The notes beneath the pieces are model-generated. The model worked only from the letters and a program-made list of their open reading frames with translations. It was not told where the DNA came from and did not search any database. Source: Candidatus Minusculum obligatum (GTDB lineage: Bacteria > Patescibacteriota > Minisyncoccia > Phycocordibacterales > Phycocordibacteraceae). Taken from it: a stretch of DNA of 64,000 nt. Position 1 is the stretch's first letter. Each line of letters opens with the position of its first letter. Made by a program: the position numbers and the translations under genes. Below are positions 9,238 to 17,864 of this stretch, one piece after another. The stretch spans positions 23,337 to 87,336 of the forward strand of contig DCYT01000002.1 in NCBI GenBank assembly GCA_002331145.1, written 5' to 3'.

Positions 9238-10982
9238 GGTGCAAGTGCTCGAGAGTCTCGCTCTTCTATAAGTTTTTGGATAAAGTCATCTACGTTTACT
9301 CCATCAAGTTTTCCAAGGTCTCGATGCTCAGGAGAAACTTCATTGCTCTCAACTTCTTTATCTCCAACAACAATTACATATGGAACTTTTTGTCCTTTGA
9401 ATCCATAGATACGCTTTCCAAGAGAAATGTTCTCAGCATTTACTTCAACTCGAATATTTTGCGCTTCAAGTTTTTCTTTTAGTTCTTGTGTGTATGCTGC
9501 ATGGTCTTCTGATACTGGCACAAGCCCAACTTGTATAGGTGAGAGCCATAGAGGGAATGCTCCTGCAAAATGCTCAATTGCAACTCCTAGGAATCGCTCA
9601 AGAGATCCTGAGATAGCTCGGTGGATCATAACAGGGCGCTTTTTCTTTCCATCACTGTCTGTATATTCAAGCTTAAATCGCTCAGGAAGGTTGAAATCAA
9701 GCTGTGCGGTAGCTAATTGCCACTCTCGTCCAATTGCGTCAGTTGCAACAAAATCAATTTTTGGACCATAGAATGCTGCCTCTCCAGGCTCAGTTACGTA
9801 CTCTTTTCCAATCTCTTCAATACAAGACTTCAAAGTGTTGATTGAATTTTCCCAAAGCTCAGGAGTTCCAAGGTACTTCTCTGGCTCCTCAGGATCATTG
9901 GTAGAAAGTCTTACTGCAAGTGGCATATCAAAGGCTTCGTAGAAGTTTTTGATGATGTCGTAGATTGCGAGCACCTCGTCTTTTACTTGATCTTCAGTAC
10001 AAAATACATGGGCATCGTCCTGTGTAATTGATCGAACTCGAGTGAGTCCTGCAAGTTGCCCTGTATTTTCGTCTCGATATACCGTTGTTACCTCAGAGTA
10101 CCTGATAGGGAGATCTTTGTATGAGCGAGGTTGTGAGGCAAAGATTTGTGTGTGGTGAGGACAGTTCATCGGCTTCATGATGAACTCGTCATCTGTCTTC
10201 TTGCTTTTTACAAAGAAAATATCATCTGCAAACTTGTCATAGTGTCCACTTGTTTTGTAGAGATCACACTTTGCCATATGAGGAATATTTACACGCTCAT
10301 ATCCATAAGGCTTTGCAAGTTCCCACACAAACTCTTCAAGCTCTTTACGCATGATATTTCCCTTGGGTGTAAATAGGGGAAGTCCAGAACCAACAAGAGG
10401 AGAGAATGCAAAGAGATCAAGCTCCTTTCCAATCTTTCGATGGTCTCGCTTTTTTGCCTCTTCTTGTTGTTCTTTGTATGCATCAAGATCAGCTTTAGAT
10501 TCAAATGCTATTCCATAGATACGAGTAAGCATTTGATTGTTCTCATCTCCCTGCCAGTATGCTCCAGCAACATTTGAGAGCATGAAGGCTTCGGGATCAA
10601 TGTCCTTTGAAGACTCTACGTGAGGTCCTTCACAAAGATCTGTGAAGTTTCCAATAGTGTATGTAGAAAGTTTCGCACCTTCGTCATTTAGCTTTTCAAT
10701 GAGTTCAAGCTTATGAGTCTGGTCCTTGAAGCGCTGCTTTGCATCCTCGTATGTAATTTCATGCATCTCAGGAGTAAATCCTTCTTTGAGTATTTCGCGC
10801 ATAAGTTCCTCCAGTTTTGGAAGATTCTCCTCATTTACAGGAGATGAGAGTTCAATATCGTAATAAAAACCATTGTCTGTTGCAGGTCCCGTTCCGAATT
10901 TTGCCTTATCATCGTGCTCGAGCACAGCGCCTGCAAGTATGTGTGCTAGAGAGTGTCGAATCTTCAAAAGTTTGTCATCCAT
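9228..10982 (-). CDS. thrS: Threonine--tRNA ligase
   Basis: RHSLAH, DLCEGPH, RDHRKIG, KPMNCP, AAFYGPKID and IHRAI.GS.ERF motifs. Confidence 0.98.
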   Translation of the reverse strand: MDDKLLKIRHSLAHILAGAVLEHDDKAKFGTGPATDNGFYYDIELSSPVNEENLPKLEELMREILKEGFTPEMHEITYEDAKQRFKDQTHKLELIEKLNDEGAKLSTYTIGNFTDLCEGPHVESSKDIDPEAFMLSNVAGAYWQGDENNQMLTRIYGIAFESKADLDAYKEQQEEAKKRDHRKIGKELDLFAFSPLVGSGLPLFTPKGNIMRKELEEFVWELAKPYGYERVNIPHMAKCDLYKTSGHYDKFADDIFFVKSKKTDDEFIMKPMNCPHHTQIFASQPRSYKDLPIRYSEVTTVYRDENTGQLAGLTRVRSITQDDAHVFCTEDQVKDEVLAIYDIIKNFYEAFDMPLAVRLSTNDPEEPEKYLGTPELWENSINTLKSCIEEIGKEYVTEPGEAAFYGPKIDFVATDAIGREWQLATAQLDFNLPERFKLEYTDSDGKKKRPVMIHRAISGSLERFLGVAIEHFAGAFPLWLSPIQVGLVPVSEDHAAYTQELKEKLEAQNIRVEVNAENISLGKRIYGFKGQKVPYVIVVGDKEVESNEVSPEHRDLGKLDGVNVDDFIQKLIEERDSRALAPTT

Positions 10983-11000
10983 ATAGCCTTACTATACAAC

Positions 11001-11026
11001 AAATGCGACCTATTGGGGCCGCATTT
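11001..11026 (-). terminator. Attenuator terminator hairpin upstream of thrS
   Basis: Minus strand AAAUGCGGCC-ccaaua-GGUCGCAUUU followed by GUUGU (imperfect U-tract). Confidence 0.65.
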
Positions 11027-11056
11027 CATAATATAAACACAACCGCCAGAGAGCGC

Positions 11057-11092
11057 TTACCACGTTGTGGTTGTTGTGTTTGTTACGATCAT
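11057..11092 (-). CDS. Thr-rich leader peptide MIVTNTTTTTW upstream of thrS
   Basis: atg atc gta aca aac aca aca acc aca acg tgg taa: 6 Thr in 11 codons, 5 of them consecutive. Confidence 0.8.
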   Translation of the reverse strand: MIVTNTTTTTW

Positions 11093-11104
11093 AATAATAA
11101 ATAG

Positions 11105-11132
11105 AGAGTAGCAGATGGGTAAGGGAAGTCAA
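11105..11132 (-). promoter_or_regulatory. Sigma70-type promoter for the thrS leader
   Basis: TTGACT-16 nt-TACTCT with extended -10 TG. Confidence 0.6.
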
Positions 11133-11143
11133 TGTGAAAGGCG

Positions 11144-11326
11144 CTATGATTGTAGCGCCTTTTTCCTTTCCTTTCTTTTCTTCTCCAGTGCTCCAACTTT
11201 CTTTCGGAGTGATTTGCGAATGTTCACAACTTCTCTGTCGTCTGAGGTTTTCAGAACAATGATTTCAGTATTGATGCCTGCAATTTTTGCATCAAGAAGG
11301 AATATTTCCCGCTCTCGTTTTTCCAT
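11144..11326 (-). CDS. Small basic hypothetical protein (60 aa)
   Basis: GGGAGG SD before the ATG; TTGACA-17-CATCTT overlapping the dnaE 3' end. Confidence 0.6.
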   Translation of the reverse strand: MEKREREIFLLDAKIAGINTEIIVLKTSDDREVVNIRKSLRKKVGALEKKRKERKKALQS

Positions 11327-11355
11327 ATTTTCCTCCCACTTCTTGCTTCAAGATG

Positions 11356-14300
11356 CTACAAAGATTGTATTTTGTCAATGATAAGGCTTGTTTCGCCATT
11401 TCGGGCAGATAAACTTCCTTTTGTAACTACACATGAAGATTGGAAGAGAAGTCCATTGCACTGCTCATATAGTTTTGGAAATACAACACACTCAAGAGAC
11501 CCTGACTTATCTCCAATTTTTACAAAGGCCATTTTGTCTCCCTTCTTTGTTAGAAATGGTTTTACATCTTCAATCATTCCAGCAACTACTGTGGGGAGTG
11601 TGCTCTTGGGTCCATCAACTAATTGAGAAATATTCTTTTTTACATTCTTTAGTTTTTCTTCGTACTGATCAAGAGGGTGTCCGGATACATAAATTCCAAG
11701 AAGCTCTTTCTCCCATACAAGCTTGTCTTGCTTTGCTGCATCAGGTGCTTCTTCAAGATCAAGCCGGTGTGATGGGGTAAGAGATCCAAAGAGTGAGTCT
11801 TGAGCTCCTGCCTCAGCTCCTGCTTCTTTATGGAAGGTAAGCATTTGCTCAAGATTGTGAAGGAGTGTTCCTCGGTTTGCAAAAGAGTCTAGCGCACCAG
11901 ATTTGATAAGAGATTCAAGACCTTTCTTATTAAGAGCACTTGAAGTTACTCGAGAAAGGAAGTTTGCAAGACTCTCAAATTTTCCATTTGCTTCACGCTC
12001 TTCAATAATTGCATTGGCAACTCCTTCTCCAAAGTTTTTAATTGAAACTAATCCAAAGCGGATCTTTGTATTATTTTCAACAATCGTAAAGTCGGTATTA
12101 CTTTCATTTACATCAGGAGGAAGAACTGGAATTCCCATTCGCTCACACTCTGCAATTAGTATTGAAATTTTGTCGATTTCTCCCGCATCAGCGGTAAGGA
12201 GCGCTGTCATGTACGGAACAGGGTAGTTGGCCTTCATGTAGGCAGTTTGATAGGCAACACGTCCATAACTTGCGGCATGAGCTTTGTTAAATCCGTATCC
12301 GGCAAATGGGGCAATAAGTTCCCAAATTTGTGCAGCCTTTTCTGCAGTCATTCCATTTTCAACGCATCCCTTAAGGAATTTCTCATGCTGCCGTTCCATC
12401 TCTTCAGGAATTTTCTTTCCCATAGCCTTTCGGAGCTTGTCAGCCTCAAGCCATGAATATCCTGCAAGATGGATTGAAATAAGAAGCACGTCATCCTGGT
12501 AGGTAATCACTCCGTATGACATATCAAGAATGTCTTTCATTCGATCATCAAGATAAGTAATTTTCTGAGGGTTATATTTTCGCTCAATGTAATCGGGAAT
12601 AGATTCCATCGGACCTGGACGATACAGCGCTACCATCGCATTAATATCATTGATGTTTGTTGGCTTTAGTTCTTTAAGGAATCTTGTCATTCCAGAACCG
12701 TTCAATTGGAAGAGTCCTTCTGTTTGTCCTGTTGCAAGAAGTTTAAACGTCTTTTCATCATCGATAGGAACATTTTCAATATCAACGACATCACCAGTTT
12801 CTTCTTTTGCCATGCGCACAGCGTCCGCCAAGATCGCAAGGTTTTTAATACCAAGGAAATCAAATTTAAGAAGACCTGCATCTTCAACAGAGTGCATGTC
12901 GTACTGTGTGATAAGTTTTCCTCCTTTGGGATCGAGCTGAATCGGTGCCCAATCAATAAGTGGAGTAGGAGAGATCACAACTCCAGCAGCGTGCACTCCA
13001 GTTTGGCGAGCACACCCCTCAACTTTCTTTGCAAGATCAATAATCTCTTTTACATCCTCGTCTCCTTTATAGAGCTTCTTAAGTTCAGGCTCCATTTTAA
13101 GAGCAGTGTCGATTGTCATAGGGAATCCCTGGCTTCCAATAGGGATAAGCTTTGCAATACGGTCTCCAACCATATATGCGTGTCCTAGGGCTCGTGCTGT
13201 ATCTCGAACTGCAGCGCGGGCTGCCATAGTTCCAAATGTACCAATCTGCGCAACATGATCTTCTCCATACTTTTCTCGAGCGTAATTAATAGCTTCATCT
13301 CGTCTATTATCGGCAAAGTCCATGTCGATATCAGGAGCAGACGGTCGCTCTGGATTTAGGAATCGCTCAAACGGAAGTTTGTATTCAAGTGGGTTTACGT
13401 TTGTAATTCCAAGGAGGTAAGTGGTTAAAGACCCCGCAACAGATCCACGAATAGTCGTAAGGATTCCTTTCTCTCGTGCAAAGCGCAGAAGGTCTCCCAC
13501 TACAAGGAAATATGGCGCGTACCCTTTGTGCTTGATAATTCCAAGCTCATACTCAAGACGCTCTACAAGTTCGTCAGTCTTTTCTAAGTCTCGAGTTTTA
13601 ATTCCTTCATACGCTAGGCGAGAGAGCTCCTCCTGGTACCCAAGTCCACTTTCAATCTTAATGTCAGGGAATACCCAGTTTCCAAGTTCAAAATCTAGAT
13701 CAATACTATCCGCAATCTTTTTTGAGTTGGCAATTGCTTCAGGAATTTTTTTAAATGCTTTTTCAATATCTTTTGGTTTTTTAAATGAGAGATCTAGTCC
13801 TGTTGTTCCTGTTGCGTGCCGCCCTTCTCTGATTCGCATAAGCACCTCACGAGCCTCACGGTCCTCAGGCTTTAGGTAGTACACTTCCTGGTTTGCAACA
13901 ACAGGCACATCTTCTGCTTTCCCAAGTTCAATTATTTTTTCAACAAGAGCTCCCCGTTCTTTTTTCTCTGGGTGATCTGTTATCTCAAGGTAGAGATCAT
14001 CTTTAAAAATATCTTTGTATGAAGAAAGGAGTGCTGCGGCTTCTGTTGCATTTCCTTGATTTAAAAGAACAGAAGTTTCTCCTTGGTGTGTTGGGATAAT
14101 TGCTATTACACCCTCGCTACTTTCTTTGAGAAGCTCAAGGTCTACACGTGGTCGCTCGCAAAAACCAGTAAGGTATGAGTCAGTAATGATCTTTAGAAGG
14201 TTTTTATACCCTGTTTCGTTTTTTGCTAGGAGAATAATTCGGGCCAGGTCATGATCTCTTTCGTGATCCTCTTTTCGACTGCCGGGCGCTACATAGGTGT

Positions 14301-14499
14301 GGACACCGATAATTGGTTTGATGTCATTTTTTTTACACTCTTTATAAAACTCAATGGCACCGTGCAAGTTTCCTGTATCGGTAAGTGCCAAAGCCTTCAT
14401 TTCATACTTTTTTGCTGTTGCTACAAGCTCCTTCACTTTGGGGAGAGCGCGGAGGAAGCTATAGTGACTATGCGTATCAATCTGGACGTAATCGCTCAT
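11356..14499 (-). CDS. dnaE: DNA polymerase III alpha subunit
   Basis: PHP domain (HSHYS, TD.GN), FERFLNPER.S.PDID.DF, HAAGVVI, KFDFLG, FNKAHAA, C-terminal OB fold. Confidence 0.98.
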   Translation of the reverse strand: MSDYVQIDTHSHYSFLRALPKVKELVATAKKYEMKALALTDTGNLHGAIEFYKECKKNDIKPIIGVHTYVAPGSRKEDHERDHDLARIILLAKNETGYKNLLKIITDSYLTGFCERPRVDLELLKESSEGVIAIIPTHQGETSVLLNQGNATEAAALLSSYKDIFKDDLYLEITDHPEKKERGALVEKIIELGKAEDVPVVANQEVYYLKPEDREAREVLMRIREGRHATGTTGLDLSFKKPKDIEKAFKKIPEAIANSKKIADSIDLDFELGNWVFPDIKIESGLGYQEELSRLAYEGIKTRDLEKTDELVERLEYELGIIKHKGYAPYFLVVGDLLRFAREKGILTTIRGSVAGSLTTYLLGITNVNPLEYKLPFERFLNPERPSAPDIDMDFADNRRDEAINYAREKYGEDHVAQIGTFGTMAARAAVRDTARALGHAYMVGDRIAKLIPIGSQGFPMTIDTALKMEPELKKLYKGDEDVKEIIDLAKKVEGCARQTGVHAAGVVISPTPLIDWAPIQLDPKGGKLITQYDMHSVEDAGLLKFDFLGIKNLAILADAVRMAKEETGDVVDIENVPIDDEKTFKLLATGQTEGLFQLNGSGMTRFLKELKPTNINDINAMVALYRPGPMESIPDYIERKYNPQKITYLDDRMKDILDMSYGVITYQDDVLLISIHLAGYSWLEADKLRKAMGKKIPEEMERQHEKFLKGCVENGMTAEKAAQIWELIAPFAGYGFNKAHAASYGRVAYQTAYMKANYPVPYMTALLTADAGEIDKISILIAECERMGIPVLPPDVNESNTDFTIVENNTKIRFGLVSIKNFGEGVANAIIEEREANGKFESLANFLSRVTSSALNKKGLESLIKSGALDSFANRGTLLHNLEQMLTFHKEAGAEAGAQDSLFGSLTPSHRLDLEEAPDAAKQDKLVWEKELLGIYVSGHPLDQYEEKLKNVKKNISQLVDGPKSTLPTVVAGMIEDVKPFLTKKGDKMAFVKIGDKSGSLECVVFPKLYEQCNGLLFQSSCVVTKGSLSARNGETSLIIDKIQSL

Positions 14500-14542
14500 T
14501 TAGACACTAGTATACCAAAACAGATGATATAGTGTCTTGTAT

Positions 14543-15007
14543 ATGAAAAAGGGATTTACTCTCATAGAGCTTTTGGTGGTAGTTGCCATTATTGGAATGC
14601 TTTCTTCTGTAGTTTTGGCATCTTTAAACACTGCACGGGGAAATGCACGAGACACACGACGTCAGTCAGATCTTAAGCAAATACAGACTGCTTTAGAGCT
14701 TTATTACAATGTAAATAATGCATATCCAAATGAGACAGGATGTGACTCAAGTCAGGGAACTTCTTCAGGAGGATGTCCATCAGGAGGACTTGGAGGAAGC
14801 GACTGGAACTCAAGCAGCTTTATCTATCAAGCTCTTGTACCCACGTACATTCAGGCTCTTCCAGTAGACCCTATGAACAGCGGAGTCTATTACTACACAT
14901 ATGAACCAGCAAATCCTGCAGGACAAAACTACTGTCTTGGTGTTCCGCTTGAAGGTGGAGGGAGGTTTAACTTAAAAGATGGAACACCACTTGCAGGAAG
15001 TTGTTAA
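14543..15007 (+). CDS. Type IV pilin / GspG-like pseudopilin
   Basis: Class III signal KKG|FTLIELLVVVAIIG, plus ARD..R..D, P.DP and Cys pairs. Confidence 0.9.
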   Translation: MKKGFTLIELLVVVAIIGMLSSVVLASLNTARGNARDTRRQSDLKQIQTALELYYNVNNAYPNETGCDSSQGTSSGGCPSGGLGGSDWNSSSFIYQALVPTYIQALPVDPMNSGVYYYTYEPANPAGQNYCLGVPLEGGGRFNLKDGTPLAGSC

Positions 15008-15577
15008 ATGTATATTGCAGGCATAGATGAGGTTGGAAGAGGGCCACTTGCTGGTCCTGTTTCTATTGGAATTGTGTGGGTCAAAAAAGATCTTGATCTG
15101 AAGGAGAAATACCCAACCCTCAATGATTCAAAAAAGCTTTCTGAAAAGAAGCGAGAGGAAATATATAAATTAGCAAAGAAAGATTCTGATATTTCATATG
15201 TGGTTGTGAGTAATGCAGCAAAAGTTATAGATGAGAAGGGAATTGAGTTTGCAATTAGAGATGCAATTGCTAGGGGGTGTAAAAAACTTCCCGAAGATAC
15301 ATCTATATATTTAGATGGAAGACTTAAGGCTCCAGATAATTTTAAACAAGAGACTGTAGTTGGGGGAGATGCAAAAATTCCAGCAATTTCCTTAGCCTCT
15401 ATAATGGCGAAGGTAGAGCGGGATAGATATATGAAGAAAATATCAGAGGATTATCCTCAATATGGTTTTCATAAGCATAAAGGGTATGGAACAAAAGCTC
15501 ACATGGAAGCAATTGTTGATTGTGGGTTTTGTGAATTCCATAGGGAGAGTTTTTGTAGAAATTTGACCCAAGAATAG
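15008..15577 (+). CDS. rnhB: Ribonuclease HII
   Basis: GIDEVGRGPLAGP, DSKKL, ASI.AKV.RD and HKGYGT motifs. Confidence 0.97.
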   Translation: MYIAGIDEVGRGPLAGPVSIGIVWVKKDLDLKEKYPTLNDSKKLSEKKREEIYKLAKKDSDISYVVVSNAAKVIDEKGIEFAIRDAIARGCKKLPEDTSIYLDGRLKAPDNFKQETVVGGDAKIPAISLASIMAKVERDRYMKKISEDYPQYGFHKHKGYGTKAHMEAIVDCGFCEFHRESFCRNLTQE

Positions 15578-15613
15578 ATTTCTTGTAGAACAAGTGAGGA
15601 AAAGGAGGTTCCA

Positions 15614-15802
15614 ATGGAGCTTTATTGGATTGGTTTTTCTCTTATGGTGGCTGGTGTTGTTATAGCGGGTATTTTGCCTGAGTATGTAACGAGAAAGCCG
15701 GCATGTCGGATGTCTCTTTATATAGGAGGCTCCATAATTGTATTTATTGGAGTGTTTCTTGCAGTCTATGCTGCACTTGATGAATGGCCCGCTGCTTTGT
15801 AG
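15614..15802 (+). CDS. Small two-TM membrane protein (ORFan)
   Basis: AAGGAGG SD; two hydrophobic helices. Confidence 0.7.
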   Translation: MELYWIGFSLMVAGVVIAGILPEYVTRKPACRMSLYIGGSIIVFIGVFLAVYAALDEWPAAL

Positions 15803-15853
15803 CGGGCTTTCACTTGCCTTTTTATGCATATATGAGTATAGTGCTAGCCACAT

Positions 15854-16201
15854 ATGAGTTCACGAATGAAAATCACGCGAGGAAAGACGGGAAGCCGTCG
15901 AAGCCACCACGGCCTTACAGCGCCGCGTCTTTCGCATGACAAAGAGACTGACTCAACTCACAAGCGACACCATGTAGACCTTGAGACAGGAATGTACCGA
16001 GGAAAGCAGATTTTTGAACCTAAGGTGAAAACTCCAAAGGTAGAAGAAGTAGCAGAAGAGGTGGTAGAGAAAATTGAGGAGGTAGCAGAGGAAGTAAAAG
16101 AGGAGGTAAAGGAAATTGGAGAGGAGATTAAAGAAGATATTGAAGAGGTAATCGAAGCAGTTACAGAAGAGAAAGAAGAAAAGAAAGAGGAAGAGAAATA
16201 A
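15854..16201 (+). CDS. rpmF: 50S ribosomal protein L32 (Cys-free) with acidic C-terminal extension
   Basis: RRSHH...RHHV...GMYRGKQ core, followed by a ~55-aa Glu-rich tail. Confidence 0.9.
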   Translation: MSSRMKITRGKTGSRRSHHGLTAPRLSHDKETDSTHKRHHVDLETGMYRGKQIFEPKVKTPKVEEVAEEVVEKIEEVAEEVKEEVKEIGEEIKEDIEEVIEAVTEEKEEKKEEEK

Positions 16202-16209
16202 ACAGAAAA

Positions 16210-16239
16210 CAAAAAGTCCCGCTTGTGCGGGACTTTTTG
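16210..16239 (+). terminator. Intrinsic terminator
   Basis: CAAAAAGTCCCGC-ttgt-GCGGGACTTTTTG. Confidence 0.85.
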
Positions 16240-16268
16240 TATGCTACTTTTAACTCACGTTCTTTTAT

Positions 16269-17159
16269 ATGGCGAACCGACACCTTGCGCGATCAATTGT
16301 TCTTCAAACCCTCTTTGAGTGGGACTCTGTTGAAGGAGAAAAAGGAAATGCAAAAGAAATTTATGATCGAAACGTAGAGGAGTTTGCATCTGACAGTCGA
16401 GATGACAGGTTTATGCAGGAGCTTCTAGATGGAGTGCTCGCCAAACAAAAAGATATTGACCTCATTATAGTAAAAGCAGCACCTGATTGGCCGCTTGAAA
16501 AGATTTCAACCGTAGATCGGAATATTTTACGTATTGGACTATTTGAACTTCTCTTTGGAGATAGGGACCAAGTACCTGCAAAGGTGGCTATTAATGAAGC
16601 TATTGAATTAGCAAAGACATTTGGAGGAGATAGTAGCGGGCGATTTATAAATGGAGTACTTGGTGCTGTATATAAAGAAATTGGAGAGCCGGGGAAAAAT
16701 GACACAGGAAAAGGGAAGGGTGTAAAAGAGTTGCCAATTGAGAAGTATGGAGGAGCTGTTGTATATGCTGAGCATGAAGGACAGACATACCTTGCTCTTG
16801 TACATGATATTTTCGGACATTGGACATTGTCTAAGGGGCATATTCAAGATGATCCAAGCACGGAAGAGGGTGTAAAGAGAGTAATAAAGGAGGAATTGGA
16901 TCTTGATGTGGTGGTAGAAGAGCAGGTGGGAGAGAATGAATATGTAGCAAGTCATCCTGAAAAAGGGAAGACAAAGAAGATTGGAAAGTATCATTTAGCA
17001 AAAGCTGATTTTGCCCCGCTAACGCTAAAGAAATCGGGGGGATTAGATGATGCAAAGTGGTTTAAATTGCAGGATATCCTTGAGCTCAATTTCTATCGTG
17101 ATATGCTCCCTGTGGTAACTACTGCCGTGCAGAAGCTTGCCGCTAAGAAAGATTCATGA
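16269..17159 (+). CDS. nusB: NusB fused to a C-terminal NUDIX-like domain
   Basis: NusB motifs RHLAR, DRNILR, VAINEAIELAK, FINGVLG; then W.L.KG...KR.IKEEL (degenerate Nudix box). Confidence 0.9.
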   Translation: MANRHLARSIVLQTLFEWDSVEGEKGNAKEIYDRNVEEFASDSRDDRFMQELLDGVLAKQKDIDLIIVKAAPDWPLEKISTVDRNILRIGLFELLFGDRDQVPAKVAINEAIELAKTFGGDSSGRFINGVLGAVYKEIGEPGKNDTGKGKGVKELPIEKYGGAVVYAEHEGQTYLALVHDIFGHWTLSKGHIQDDPSTEEGVKRVIKEELDLDVVVEEQVGENEYVASHPEKGKTKKIGKYHLAKADFAPLTLKKSGGLDDAKWFKLQDILELNFYRDMLPVVTTAVQKLAAKKDS

Positions 17160-17845
17160 GCACAATCAAAGATTTTCAAAATAAATTAGGAGTTACATTC
17201 TCTGATATTTCACTATTAGAAACGGCGCTAACACACCGGTCATTTTTGAATGAGAATAAATCAGACGGGCTTCAGCACAATGAACGTCTCGAATTTTTGG
17301 GAGACGCGGTACTTGAACTTGCCACAACAGACAGACTTTTTAAGAATTATCCAAAAGCGCCTGAGGGAGAGCTAACTGCCTATAGAGCAGCACTTGTGAA
17401 TACACTTTCTCTTGCTGCCATCTCAGAGGAGCTTGGGCTCAATGAATATATTCGACTTTCAAAGGGAGAGGCAAAAGATACAGGGCGCGCACGACAGTTT
17501 ATTCTTGCAAATGCAGTAGAGGCAATTATCGGAGCTCTATACTTAGATCAAGGGTATGAAGCAGCTGAGAAGTTTATCGCTACATATTTTTATCCAAAGC
17601 TTGATGAAGTTATTGAAAAGAGACTTTGGCAGGATGCCAAGAGTGCTTTTCAGGAGAAATCACAGGAGAGGGTTGGAATTACACCTCAGTACAACGTGAT
17701 AAGTGAAGAAGGACCAGATCATGACAAGACATTTACTGTTGCAGTAGTGCTTGGAGATGATGAAGTAGCACAAGGAACAGGACTTTCAAAACAGGAGGCA
17801 GAACAAAACGCAGCACGAGCTGGGCTTGATTCGAAGGGTTGGTAA
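17156..17845 (+). CDS. rnc: Ribonuclease III
   Basis: ALTHRS, NERLEFLGDAVL and C-terminal dsRBD. Confidence 0.98.
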   Translation: MSTIKDFQNKLGVTFSDISLLETALTHRSFLNENKSDGLQHNERLEFLGDAVLELATTDRLFKNYPKAPEGELTAYRAALVNTLSLAAISEELGLNEYIRLSKGEAKDTGRARQFILANAVEAIIGALYLDQGYEAAEKFIATYFYPKLDEVIEKRLWQDAKSAFQEKSQERVGITPQYNVISEEGPDHDKTFTVAVVLGDDEVAQGTGLSKQEAEQNAARAGLDSKGW

Positions 17846-17864
17846 AAAATGATACACTATCTCC

